Numbered from the stretch's first letter, positions 1 through 7,264 are shown. The stretch is DNA of 10,415 nt from Candidatus Heimdallarchaeota archaeon (GCA_016839945.1 JAEOTE010000080.1:1-10415); one strand, 5' to 3'. Numbers and translations are program-made. The notes: generated from the letters alone by a model not told the origin.

Positions 1-58
1 CCACTTCAGGATCACCAATAAGAACTATTTTATAAGCTCTTTTAGGTTCAATTGACAT
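1..58 (-). CDS. Rab/Ras-like small GTPase, N-terminal fragment (continues beyond left edge)
   Basis: Manual translation from ATG at 58..56 gives MSIEPKRAYKIVLIGDPEV plus the first base G of the next codon. This matches the beta1 strand and G1 P-loop of Rab/Ras GTPases (K-I/V-V-L-I-G-D-x-x-V-G-K-S/T). Purine-rich AGGGAAAGAA lies just upstream (70..61). Not in the ORF track because it is truncated. Confidence 0.85.
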   Translation of the reverse strand, partial: MSIEPKRAYKIVLIGDPEV

Positions 59-160
59 AATTCTTTCCCTATCTTATGTTTTTGTTAATCAATTTAATTC
101 TTTTGCCAAATACATTTAAGGAAATTATTAAATTCCAAAAGTTAAGCAAAGGACTTGAAT

Positions 161-1483
161 TTATTGATGTAATTTTACTAACTCTGTGATAAGTTTATAA
201 TAAAACTTTCTTACTATTTCCAGACTTGATATTTTGACATCCTCATTTGCACCATGAACATTGCTACCTAAAGGTCCAAATTCGATTGTTGGTATATTAT
301 ATGCACTAAAAAATCTGGAATCTGTAGCTCCACCCATTTCGATAGGAATGGTAGAAAGATTCATTCCTTTAGCAACTTGAATGCTCTTTTCTATTAAAGG
401 AGATGTTATTGGAGTATTTACAGGTCCGACACTTCCTTTTACATCTATATCTCCGATTATTGAATATCTTTCAGCTATTTTTCTAAAGTATTTTTTTATT
501 TCCTCATTTTCGTTACTCATGATTCTTAAATCCAATTGACAAAAATGCTTCTCCACTTCTTTATAGTAATTAAAAGTCAAATTAATTCCATAATCACTGG
601 GCTCAGAGGGAACATCAATGTTTTTGTAATCAGATATTGAGTGCATAAAACATGTTAAAGCTGAATCATACTCATGGTTTATTTCGCTTTTTTCATCTGG
701 GATAATATAATCAACAGTTACTTCTGAAGGGAGAACATTATTCTTCACAAAGGGTCCAGTTATCTTTTGTACTTTGTAACTGTGTTGCTTAAGAAATTCA
801 GATGCTTTCTCCATACAATGTTCATCAAGATCTCTCATAAAATAAGCGGCATGCATAGTTCTATTTCCTGCAATTTCTGTTTTGAAAGTTCTTGAAGAGG
901 TTGTTCCTTTTATTTCAAGTTTAGTTTTTGGCAATTCAAAGGTTATAACATAAGAATTTCTTCTTCTATTGACTACTTGAAGACCATTTGTATCACCGTT
1001 AATAACATAATGTGGGACTAAATTTTCTTTTTCTAGAAAAGGTAACAGTAAACCCGCACCTGATTGCCCACCAGATTCTTCATCTAGAGTTATAGCGTAT
1101 ATAACAGTCCAATTGTTCTCCTTGGCTAGTTTCTTAGCTAGGCTTAGCATAACTGCAACAGCTCCTTTCATATCAGCTGTTCCTCGACCATATGCATTAT
1201 CACCTTCTATAGTTAATTCAAAAGGATCAGTTTTCCACCCAGGTCCTGGAGGTACTACATCGCAATGACCAATAAAGAGAATTTTAGGATCTCCTTTTCC
1301 AATGTAGGAAACAAGTGTAGAGTATTGATTTTTTTCATAGAACATGCTTTTATACCCAATTGGAGATAAAATCGTATCATTTATGTAATCCAAAATATCA
1401 CGAGATGGTTTTTTATCTTCATTAGGATTATTAGCTGTAGGAAAAGATACAAGATTTTTCAGAATTTCAACACAAGGTTTCAA
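161..1483 (-). CDS. M20 family metallohydrolase (ArgE/DapE-like), resembling the archaeal PRK08554-type subfamily
   Basis: Motifs GHCDVVP (HxD), GRGTADMKG, DEESGG, GATDSRFF and FGP..NVHGANE. The INGD..NRRR, HAAYF and SDYG segments resemble Thermococcales M20 peptidases as I recall them. TTG start with AGGAG 7 nt upstream. Confidence 0.95.
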   Translation of the reverse strand: MKPCVEILKNLVSFPTANNPNEDKKPSRDILDYINDTILSPIGYKSMFYEKNQYSTLVSYIGKGDPKILFIGHCDVVPPGPGWKTDPFELTIEGDNAYGRGTADMKGAVAVMLSLAKKLAKENNWTVIYAITLDEESGGQSGAGLLLPFLEKENLVPHYVINGDTNGLQVVNRRRNSYVITFELPKTKLEIKGTTSSRTFKTEIAGNRTMHAAYFMRDLDEHCMEKASEFLKQHSYKVQKITGPFVKNNVLPSEVTVDYIIPDEKSEINHEYDSALTCFMHSISDYKNIDVPSEPSDYGINLTFNYYKEVEKHFCQLDLRIMSNENEEIKKYFRKIAERYSIIGDIDVKGSVGPVNTPITSPLIEKSIQVAKGMNLSTIPIEMGGATDSRFFSAYNIPTIEFGPLGSNVHGANEDVKISSLEIVRKFYYKLITELVKLHQ

Positions 1484-1490
1484 TTTGCTT

Positions 1491-1495
1491 CTCCT
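1491..1495 (-). promoter_or_regulatory. Shine-Dalgarno site (AGGAG) for the M20 hydrolase
   Basis: Minus strand reads ACAGGAG-aagcaaa-TTG; the 7-nt spacing supports the TTG start at 1483. Confidence 0.75.
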
Positions 1496-1521
1496 GTAAT
1501 TTTGTACATGTTCTTTGTGGA

Positions 1522-1537
1522 GTTAAAAAAATTTGCG
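1522..1537 (-). promoter_or_regulatory. Putative BRE/TATA of the M20 gene; its T7 tract may also terminate the pilin transcript
   Basis: Minus strand CGCAAATTTTTTTAAC, about 40 nt upstream of the TTG and about 35 nt downstream of the pilin stop. Confidence 0.45.
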
Positions 1538-1566
1538 AGATTTGATACTTTACAGAAGAATTAGAA

Positions 1567-2133
1567 TTAGGGGAACGTGATTAAAGAGCTTTGATAGGAA
1601 GAAGCCATCCTTTCAATTCTTGATCCACCTTGAGCATAATAGACATACTCTATAATGAAATAAAGTGATGAACCGGTTTGTATTTCTGCATCAGCTCTAC
1701 CCAAATCACTTACCTGGATTATGAATGTTGAATTAGTAGTTCCATAAGGAACATAATACCCCAGCGTTTCGTTTAGAGGTCTTGTCGTTTCATTAATTAT
1801 CCAGGGGAAAATTTCATCTAGAGTGTTTCCTGTTGGTAGTAACAGATCAATGTCTCTTATGTAAATAGTAGGAGATACAGCATCAAGAGAGATATATAGC
1901 TCGATTGTATCGTAAAAACTATTAAAATTAAGATCAGAGGTGTTTACTACATTCAGTGACAGTTTAACTTCTTTTGGTTCTGGAGTTTGGAAATAACCAG
2001 GTAAATCTACAACATTTACATTGGTAAGTATAGCAGCAACTATACCTCCAGCAACTATCACTAGAGTGATTAATATAACAGTTGCTAGAACTTCAGAAAT
2101 TGCCCTTCGTGATTTTATAAAATTACTGAACAT
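1567..2133 (-). CDS. Archaeal type IV pilin-like protein (class III signal peptide, archaellin/pilin N-terminal helix)
   Basis: MFSNFIKSRRA|ISEVLATVILITLVIVAGGIVAAIL: short basic leader, [KR][GA] cleavage site and S-[PE]-V hydrophobic helix typical of PibD/FlaK substrates. Beta-rich C-domain with 4 N-X-S/T sequons (NTS, NET, NET, NST). Confidence 0.88.
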   Translation of the reverse strand: MFSNFIKSRRAISEVLATVILITLVIVAGGIVAAILTNVNVVDLPGYFQTPEPKEVKLSLNVVNTSDLNFNSFYDTIELYISLDAVSPTIYIRDIDLLLPTGNTLDEIFPWIINETTRPLNETLGYYVPYGTTNSTFIIQVSDLGRADAEIQTGSSLYFIIEYVYYAQGGSRIERMASSYQSSLITFP

Positions 2134-2176
2134 CTATGTCACTTATAATTCTCTTACATTAATTAAGCTACTATTG

Positions 2177-2195
2177 GTTTATAAGAATTTTTTCG
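2177..2195 (-). promoter_or_regulatory. BRE + TATA box promoter of the pilin gene
   Basis: Minus strand CGAAAAAATTCTTATAAAC: purine-rich BRE followed by TTATAAA about 45 nt upstream of the ATG. GTGA SD-like motif at 2143..2139 region (AAGTGACATAG-ATG). Confidence 0.65.
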
Positions 2196-2270
2196 TAGTT
2201 TGTCGCATATTCTGTTAATTGTTCAATTTTTTTTAATCAAAGAATGGGAGTGACATGAAGAATGAAGAAT

Positions 2271-3917
2271 TTACTTTTTTATTTTTGGTTTTTTAATTAT
2301 TTTTTGCTTAAGAGTTATATAACCGCTTTTTGTATGTTTCAGAATATCAACAACATCTTCCTTAATCATTACATAATTGCTTTTTTTAGTGAAACTTCCG
2401 TAAATTACTGGTGGAATAAATAAACTAATGATTACAAATAAAATCAGAAGATAAAGAGGGTGTAAGAATCTGGAATTTGTAATTAAAACCCAATTGTAAT
2501 AGTAAAATAAACCGTTTGTAATGAGGAATGATGAAATTAATAATGCCAATGCTACTGGCTTATTCTGGTGAATAATTAGTGTCTTTTTGATTTCATTCTT
2601 CTTTATTTCATTATCGTCACTAATATTTTTTCTAATTCTTGGGATTCTTAATTTCAGTTTCAAGATACTGTCATCTAAGAAAACAAGGATGCTCAGAATG
2701 ATAAAAGGCGTAATAAAAGCGTTATAATATTTGTAAACTCCCCTTGAGATAAACAGGTGAGTGTTTATTACAATCCAGGTAGTAAATATTGTGAAGTATG
2801 ATTCATTTTCACCTAATATTTTTCCATTAAAGTATGCAATAAAAGCTGTCAATGCATAGAAAACAAGAAATGGAACCATATAACTGTTAATTATCGCATA
2901 GAAATTCGCTAATCCTTCACTACCAAGAAAGAGGAAACTATGAGCAAGAGTTACAGTATGTCTAGGATGGTCCAAATCTACGAAATTAAGTGGCTTCCCA
3001 GGGCCAAAAACTCTCCAAGCATAGGAAACAGGAGAGATAAAAATCCAAGCGAGTGAGAGAATAAAAGTTGTGACTATAAATGGAACGACAAAATCCAATA
3101 AGGCTTCTTTGAGAGAATCTTTTTTCCATATAATAAGAAACCAAGGAATTAGTAAGAATAATGGCATTTGTTTGGATAACCATGCAATAGAAAGGAAGAA
3201 AGCTGAAGTTTTGTATTTATTCTTCATGAATAGAAGGTAACTTAGTAAAGTGAAGAAACACATTTGTGGTGTGTTGAGAAAAACACTATCAACATAAAGT
3301 AAATTAATTGGCATAAAAAGAAAAATAAATCCTCCTAAAAGTCCTATTGTGTGTTTTTTTATATTTTTCTCTTTGAAGGAATTCAAATTAATTATTATTA
3401 GATATATCAACACAACACATAAGGAATCAAAAACCAGGTGTGTCCATTTAACTGATTGATAAACAACCATTGATCTTTCCATTCCAGGATTGAATAATCC
3501 AACAAATATAGAAATGAAATACAAACCGAATATGAATAAAGGTCCATATGCATATCCATGCAAAGGATCATCTTCATAGTTCCCTCCTGCATAAGGATTC
3601 CAATTCTCATATCTGAATGCAAGTAGATAAGGCTCGTAATAATAAGAGGCATCTCCATATGCTTCTAAATACCATACTTCTTGGACTTCTTCACTATCAT
3701 TGTAGTTAGTCCAATAAAAGTAACCTGGTCCATGTTCGCTTTGTTCTTCCCAGAACCATAAAGAAGCCAGATTCTTTAGGTAAAGTGACAATGAAAACAA
3801 TAATATGGAAATTGAAACGATTATTAGCAAATTACGAAGTTTTCTTTTATCTATTTCATCTAGATTTAGACTGCGTAATCGACTTATTATCTCACTAGGT
3901 TTTTTCATTGCATTCAC
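2271..3917 (-). CDS. GT-C fold polytopic membrane glycosyltransferase (GT87/DUF2029, PIG-M/Alg3/ArnT-like superfamily)
   Basis: N-terminal TM helix, then an external loop with GDASYYY...NWNPY...YAYGP (D..Y / NPY / YxY[PG]P pattern of lipid-linked sugar transferases), a KQMPL motif after a TM hairpin, and roughly 11-13 hydrophobic segments. The start could be GTG 3917 or ATG 3908. Confidence 0.75.
   Translation of the reverse strand: MNAMKKPSEIISRLRSLNLDEIDKRKLRNLLIIVSISILLFSLSLYLKNLASLWFWEEQSEHGPGYFYWTNYNDSEEVQEVWYLEAYGDASYYYEPYLLAFRYENWNPYAGGNYEDDPLHGYAYGPLFIFGLYFISIFVGLFNPGMERSMVVYQSVKWTHLVFDSLCVVLIYLIIINLNSFKEKNIKKHTIGLLGGFIFLFMPINLLYVDSVFLNTPQMCFFTLLSYLLFMKNKYKTSAFFLSIAWLSKQMPLFLLIPWFLIIWKKDSLKEALLDFVVPFIVTTFILSLAWIFISPVSYAWRVFGPGKPLNFVDLDHPRHTVTLAHSFLFLGSEGLANFYAIINSYMVPFLVFYALTAFIAYFNGKILGENESYFTIFTTWIVINTHLFISRGVYKYYNAFITPFIILSILVFLDDSILKLKLRIPRIRKNISDDNEIKKNEIKKTLIIHQNKPVALALLISSFLITNGLFYYYNWVLITNSRFLHPLYLLILFVIISLFIPPVIYGSFTKKSNYVMIKEDVVDILKHTKSGYITLKQKIIKKPKIKK
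2583..2612 (-). repeat. Imperfect 15-bp tandem duplication encoding NEIKK-NEIKK
   Basis: AATGAAATAAAGAAG / AATGAAATCAAAAAG, 13/15 identical, in a basic loop of the GT-C protein. Confidence 0.7.
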
Positions 3918-3980
3918 ATAGTTGGAGAATAATTTTACTAGTAGTAACTTTTCACATCAGTGAATAGATAGTGTTTTGAG

Positions 3981-3999
3981 CTATTTATTTACTTTTGCC
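3981..3999 (-). promoter_or_regulatory. Putative BRE/TATA-like promoter for the GT-C gene
   Basis: Minus strand GGCAAAAGTAAATAAATAG, about 65 nt upstream of the start codon. Confidence 0.4.
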
Positions 4000-4053
4000 G
4001 GATAAATCTTCATGTGCTAGTGTTGAATTCAAAATAGCATTTTATATAAGCTG

Positions 4054-4485
4054 TTACGGGGAAGGAATCGATTTCATTCTATAATATGATTTTTCAGCTG
4101 TTTTCAGGGATTCTTTTAGCATTTCTACTTCTTCTTTATTCAGTCCTGCACTCTTCATTTCTTCCAATAAGAGTTTAGGTGCAATAAAGAATTTTCTCCA
4201 ATTTTCATCATTTCTTAGAATTTCTTCCATTTTTTTACGTGTTTGATAAAGATAAGGTCTATTCTTAAAATGTATTAGAGCCTTCCTGATTTCTCCTCTA
4301 ACGATCTCTGCATCTTCAGGATAAGTCTTTGTTTCACTAGTTTCCAAAAAATTAGTTATTTCCTTCAATATTTCAGGATCTATTTCTTCTGAAGAAGGGA
4401 ATATGCAATTTAATGCGAGATCTATAAATTCATCTGAATCATAATCAGCTTCTATCATTAACAATAATCTCTGGAATCTTAACAA
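4054..4485 (-). CDS. Hypothetical soluble alpha-helical protein (start may be ATG 4458, MIEADYDS)
   Basis: Open frame filling the space between the GT-C and helicase genes. Charged amphipathic-helix composition, no recognisable motif. Confidence 0.75.
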   Translation of the reverse strand: MLRFQRLLLMIEADYDSDEFIDLALNCIFPSSEEIDPEILKEITNFLETSETKTYPEDAEIVRGEIRKALIHFKNRPYLYQTRKKMEEILRNDENWRKFFIAPKLLLEEMKSAGLNKEEVEMLKESLKTAEKSYYRMKSIPSP

Positions 4486-4564
4486 AAAAGCACATGAGAT
4501 AGGGATATGATTGTAAGCTCTACTACGGTATTACATTTATTTTCAGCTTATCAAAAACATATTC

Positions 4565-4571
4565 AAAAAAA
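4565..4571 (-). terminator. Oligo-T (T7) archaeal terminator candidate after the helicase
   Basis: Minus strand TAA-C-TTTTTTT directly after the helicase stop, followed by a second T5 tract (4553..4557). Confidence 0.55.
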
Positions 4572-4572
4572 G

Positions 4573-7119
4573 TTAGACATATACATCATATTCAGTAAAA
4601 TCATCAATAATTTTTGACTTTGTTTTATCCATAAGTTTCAAGGATTCAATTGCACCAGTTTTGTTTAGTGGTTGATTATTATTTCCACATTGATAGGAAT
4701 AAGTGCATCTTGGGCATCCATCAGTACTGGTGCAGTTACAATTTTGTAATATTTTTAATGAACGATTCAAACCTTCATCCAATCTGTCATATAATAATTT
4801 GGATAGTCCGCTACCACCCTTAGCTGCATCATAAACAAAAATAGCTCCTGAAGATCCCATTGAAATTCCCCCTATTTCATTGCTTCCTCCGCCAGTTAAC
4901 ATCGAACTTGATTCGATTACTATATGCTCAATAGCATGAAATGTCCCACTGTAAAATATCTTCTCTGACATTTCTTGCATTTCTATTGGAAGTTTCAGAG
5001 GTTTTGGCATTGTAAAAACAAAACCTTTTGTTGGGAAAGAATAGATAATAGGTTCCTCTAAATCTCTGACTTCTTGAATTTTATTTGTATAAATTTCTGA
5101 AATTTGATAACCCACTACATTTTCTGTTATCTCTAAATCGCAATAAATTACATCTGATCCAAACACTGTTTTATTTTCATTAATTGACAGTATAGCTGGT
5201 GTCGCATATCTCAGAGCTGTTGTTTTTAGATTTACTGGTTCTATGTACTTTAGAGTTATTTCTCCTCCACCGAACTTTGGATTATATGTGAATTTTTGAG
5301 ATCGATAATGTGATCCTCCATGTAAATAAAAAGCTCCAGGATGTAATTCTCGAGCAGCCATTGGCATAGATCTTTCCCCAAGTCTCTTACCATTGCTATC
5401 TTTCAAAGAGAGAGTATCACCAATTCCTCTTATTGAATATGAACGTAATAGTTGAACAGCTTCAGCTTTTGATTTTATTCTATATGTTTCAGACTGCGTT
5501 TTCCTAAGTAAGTTATCTTTCTCAAGTACCTGAATTGTTTTGATATGATTAGGAAATTCTTCTTCTTCAATCGGGTTCTCAATTGCAGCTGACAACAATT
5601 GGTAGTAGGACACTATCTCATTCATCGGTTCTACATAACCTTTTCGAATATCTTCAAAGTATGTCTCAGGATGTGAAATATAATAGGTACTAATTGGATC
5701 TTCATTTCTTAAAATCAGAGCACCGACAGATTCTTGTCCTTTTCTTCCAGCTCTCCCCAATCTTTGAATAAAACTAGTAATGTCCACAATTGATGAAACA
5801 ACACCATCAACATCACCTATATCTATTCCAAGTTCTAATGTTGGAGTTGAAACTAAAGCACTTAATCCTCCATTCCTAAAATTTGATTCTACCTTATCTC
5901 GATATTCTTTTGTTAATCCAGCTCGGTGTATAGCCGATTTAACTCGAGCACTTTTCAAGAGTAGATTTACAATTTCGGCGTTTTTGTGACTATTTTGGAA
6001 ACACAGGGTTTTATGCCCACTGGTTATTAATTGTCTAGCAATAGCTGAAGTGATTGTGTATTGACTAACTCCCCAAGGGAGAGCAATGAGTAAATGAGTA
6101 GGAGCTTTTCTAGCTTCTTTAATTGATATTATTTCTACTTCACTGTCAAACAGATCACAGGCAAATTCTTTTGCATTGCCTATTGTTGCAGAAGAACCTA
6201 TAAGTTGTATCTTTTCTTTAACTAACCTTTGCAAGCGTTTTAAAATGAAATAAATATTTGAACCGAAAGCTCCTACAGCCACATGGATTTCATCAATGAT
6301 TATACTTTTTACATTTCTTAAAATCTCTCTGAATTGAGGTTTCCTCATGTGAAAGTGAAGCATATCAGGATTTGTTATAAGAATATCAGGAGGATATTCC
6401 ATAATTTTTTCTCTAATTTTCTTAGGTGTATCACCATCAAAAATTTCACATGTAATGTTTAAAGCTCCTCCATATTCTGAGATTTTCTTCTTTTGATCTC
6501 TTGCTAAAGCCTTCGTTGGGTAAATAATAACAGTAGATAAACCTCTTCGCAACAATGGATGAGATGCTTTATTCCATATCTTTGCTAGGATTGGTAGTAG
6601 AAATGCTTCTGTTTTTCCCGTTCCTGTTGGAGCAACTATTACTACATCTTTTCCATCTTCTATTGCTTTAGAAGATTGGTTTTGAAACTCATACAAATAC
6701 TCCATGTTTTTATTCTCTAAGAACAAATTCAGAGGTTGGGGAAAATTGGCTTTTTGCTTGCTTGTTGGTGGGAATTTTTGTTTTAGAAATTTATAGTAAA
6801 TAATCTCAACATCTTGATTACTAATTATTCCTTTGACGACTTTAGGCAAATTCTCAGGGTCAGAACCACCCGCCTTAATAAGGTCCATCTTCTCTTTGTC
6901 TGTTTTTCGAGTAAAAAAGGGAAGCTCTTCTGCTTTGGTCTTCTTTGCATAAAGAGTGGTTTCTCTTCTGCTTTCTTTTTTCTTAATTAGAATTTTATAA
7001 GCTTCCTCTTCATCTGTCGAATAAATTTGTTCATTTAAACCACAAAAATTGCACTGAAAAGACATGTAATCTCTTATTTTTGATACAACTAGTTCCTTAG
7101 TGCAATCAGGGCATTTCAT
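4573..7119 (-). CDS. SF2 DEAD/DEAH-box helicase, MrfA(YprA)/Hrq1/SftH type with C-terminal DUF1998 Zn-binding domain and N-terminal zinc ribbon
   Basis: Q motif LYEFQ, I APTGTGKT, Ia YPTKALARDQ, DGDT, Ib TNPDMLH, II DEIH, III SAT, HRAG, V TPTLELGIDIG, VI QRLGRAGR. Also ELHPGAFYLHGG, FHAIEH, IFVYDAAKGGSG and CNC-x4-GCPRC-x5-CGNNN at the C-terminus, and CPDC...CNFC at the N-terminus. Confidence 0.95.
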   Translation of the reverse strand: MKCPDCTKELVVSKIRDYMSFQCNFCGLNEQIYSTDEEEAYKILIKKKESRRETTLYAKKTKAEELPFFTRKTDKEKMDLIKAGGSDPENLPKVVKGIISNQDVEIIYYKFLKQKFPPTSKQKANFPQPLNLFLENKNMEYLYEFQNQSSKAIEDGKDVVIVAPTGTGKTEAFLLPILAKIWNKASHPLLRRGLSTVIIYPTKALARDQKKKISEYGGALNITCEIFDGDTPKKIREKIMEYPPDILITNPDMLHFHMRKPQFREILRNVKSIIIDEIHVAVGAFGSNIYFILKRLQRLVKEKIQLIGSSATIGNAKEFACDLFDSEVEIISIKEARKAPTHLLIALPWGVSQYTITSAIARQLITSGHKTLCFQNSHKNAEIVNLLLKSARVKSAIHRAGLTKEYRDKVESNFRNGGLSALVSTPTLELGIDIGDVDGVVSSIVDITSFIQRLGRAGRKGQESVGALILRNEDPISTYYISHPETYFEDIRKGYVEPMNEIVSYYQLLSAAIENPIEEEEFPNHIKTIQVLEKDNLLRKTQSETYRIKSKAEAVQLLRSYSIRGIGDTLSLKDSNGKRLGERSMPMAARELHPGAFYLHGGSHYRSQKFTYNPKFGGGEITLKYIEPVNLKTTALRYATPAILSINENKTVFGSDVIYCDLEITENVVGYQISEIYTNKIQEVRDLEEPIIYSFPTKGFVFTMPKPLKLPIEMQEMSEKIFYSGTFHAIEHIVIESSSMLTGGGSNEIGGISMGSSGAIFVYDAAKGGSGLSKLLYDRLDEGLNRSLKILQNCNCTSTDGCPRCTYSYQCGNNNQPLNKTGAIESLKLMDKTKSKIIDDFTEYDVYV

Positions 7120-7152
7120 TTAAACACTTCTTGTTCACATTAAAATTTAATA

Positions 7153-7167
7153 GTTAATAAACTTGTG
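7153..7167 (-). promoter_or_regulatory. Putative BRE/TATA promoter of the helicase
   Basis: Minus strand CACAAGTTTATTAAC; TTTATTAA lies about 35 nt upstream of ATG 7119. Confidence 0.55.
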
Positions 7168-7212
7168 AGAAAGAGAGTAGAAGTACTCAATATAACTGAA
7201 AGAAAAATAAGA

Positions 7213-7260
7213 GATAAATATCTTTAAAATGGTATAACAAAAAGTCCGTTAAGAAGGTGA
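7213..7260 (+). promoter_or_regulatory. TATA-like box (TTTAAAA, 7223..7229) and SD (AGGTGA, 7255..7260) of the 85-aa gene
   Basis: GATAAATATCTTTAAAAT about 36 nt upstream of the ATG; AAGAAGGTGA-ctaa-ATG is a strong archaeal SD. Confidence 0.65.
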
Positions 7261-7264
7261 CTAA

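Noticed and set aside
1909-1935. Dx[DN]xDG-like calcium-binding loop in the pilin (DLNFNSFYD)
   Set aside because: Single copy lacking the conserved Gly; too weak to call.
1567-2133. Archaellin (ArlB/FlaB) assignment
   Set aside because: The N-terminus is ISEVLATVILI (pilin type) rather than the GIGTLIVFIAMVLVAAV archaellin consensus, and no arl accessory genes are nearby.
2021-2218. 65-aa plus-strand ORF
   Set aside because: Antisense shadow of the pilin N-terminus and its promoter; no SD or motif.
2246-2296. Plus-strand mini-ORF MKNEEFTFLFLVF preceded by GGGAGTGA
   Set aside because: The SD-like motif is only 1 nt from the ATG, the ORF is 13 codons, and it is mostly antisense to the Lys-rich GT tail.
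2986-3183. 65-aa minus-strand alternative-frame ORF
   Set aside because: Fully nested in the GT-C gene; no independent signals.
3407-3658. 83-aa minus-strand alternative-frame ORF
   Set aside because: Nested in the conserved GT-C loop region; its Met richness comes from off-frame reading of TAT-G/GAT-G codon junctions.
5780-5989. 69-aa plus-strand ORF
   Set aside because: Antisense to helicase motifs IV-V.
4573-7119. DUF1998 helicase as part of a DISARM, Dpd or Druantia defence system
   Set aside because: No methyltransferase, phospholipase D nuclease, second helicase or dpd genes in the window; the architecture fits a stand-alone MrfA/Hrq1-type repair helicase.
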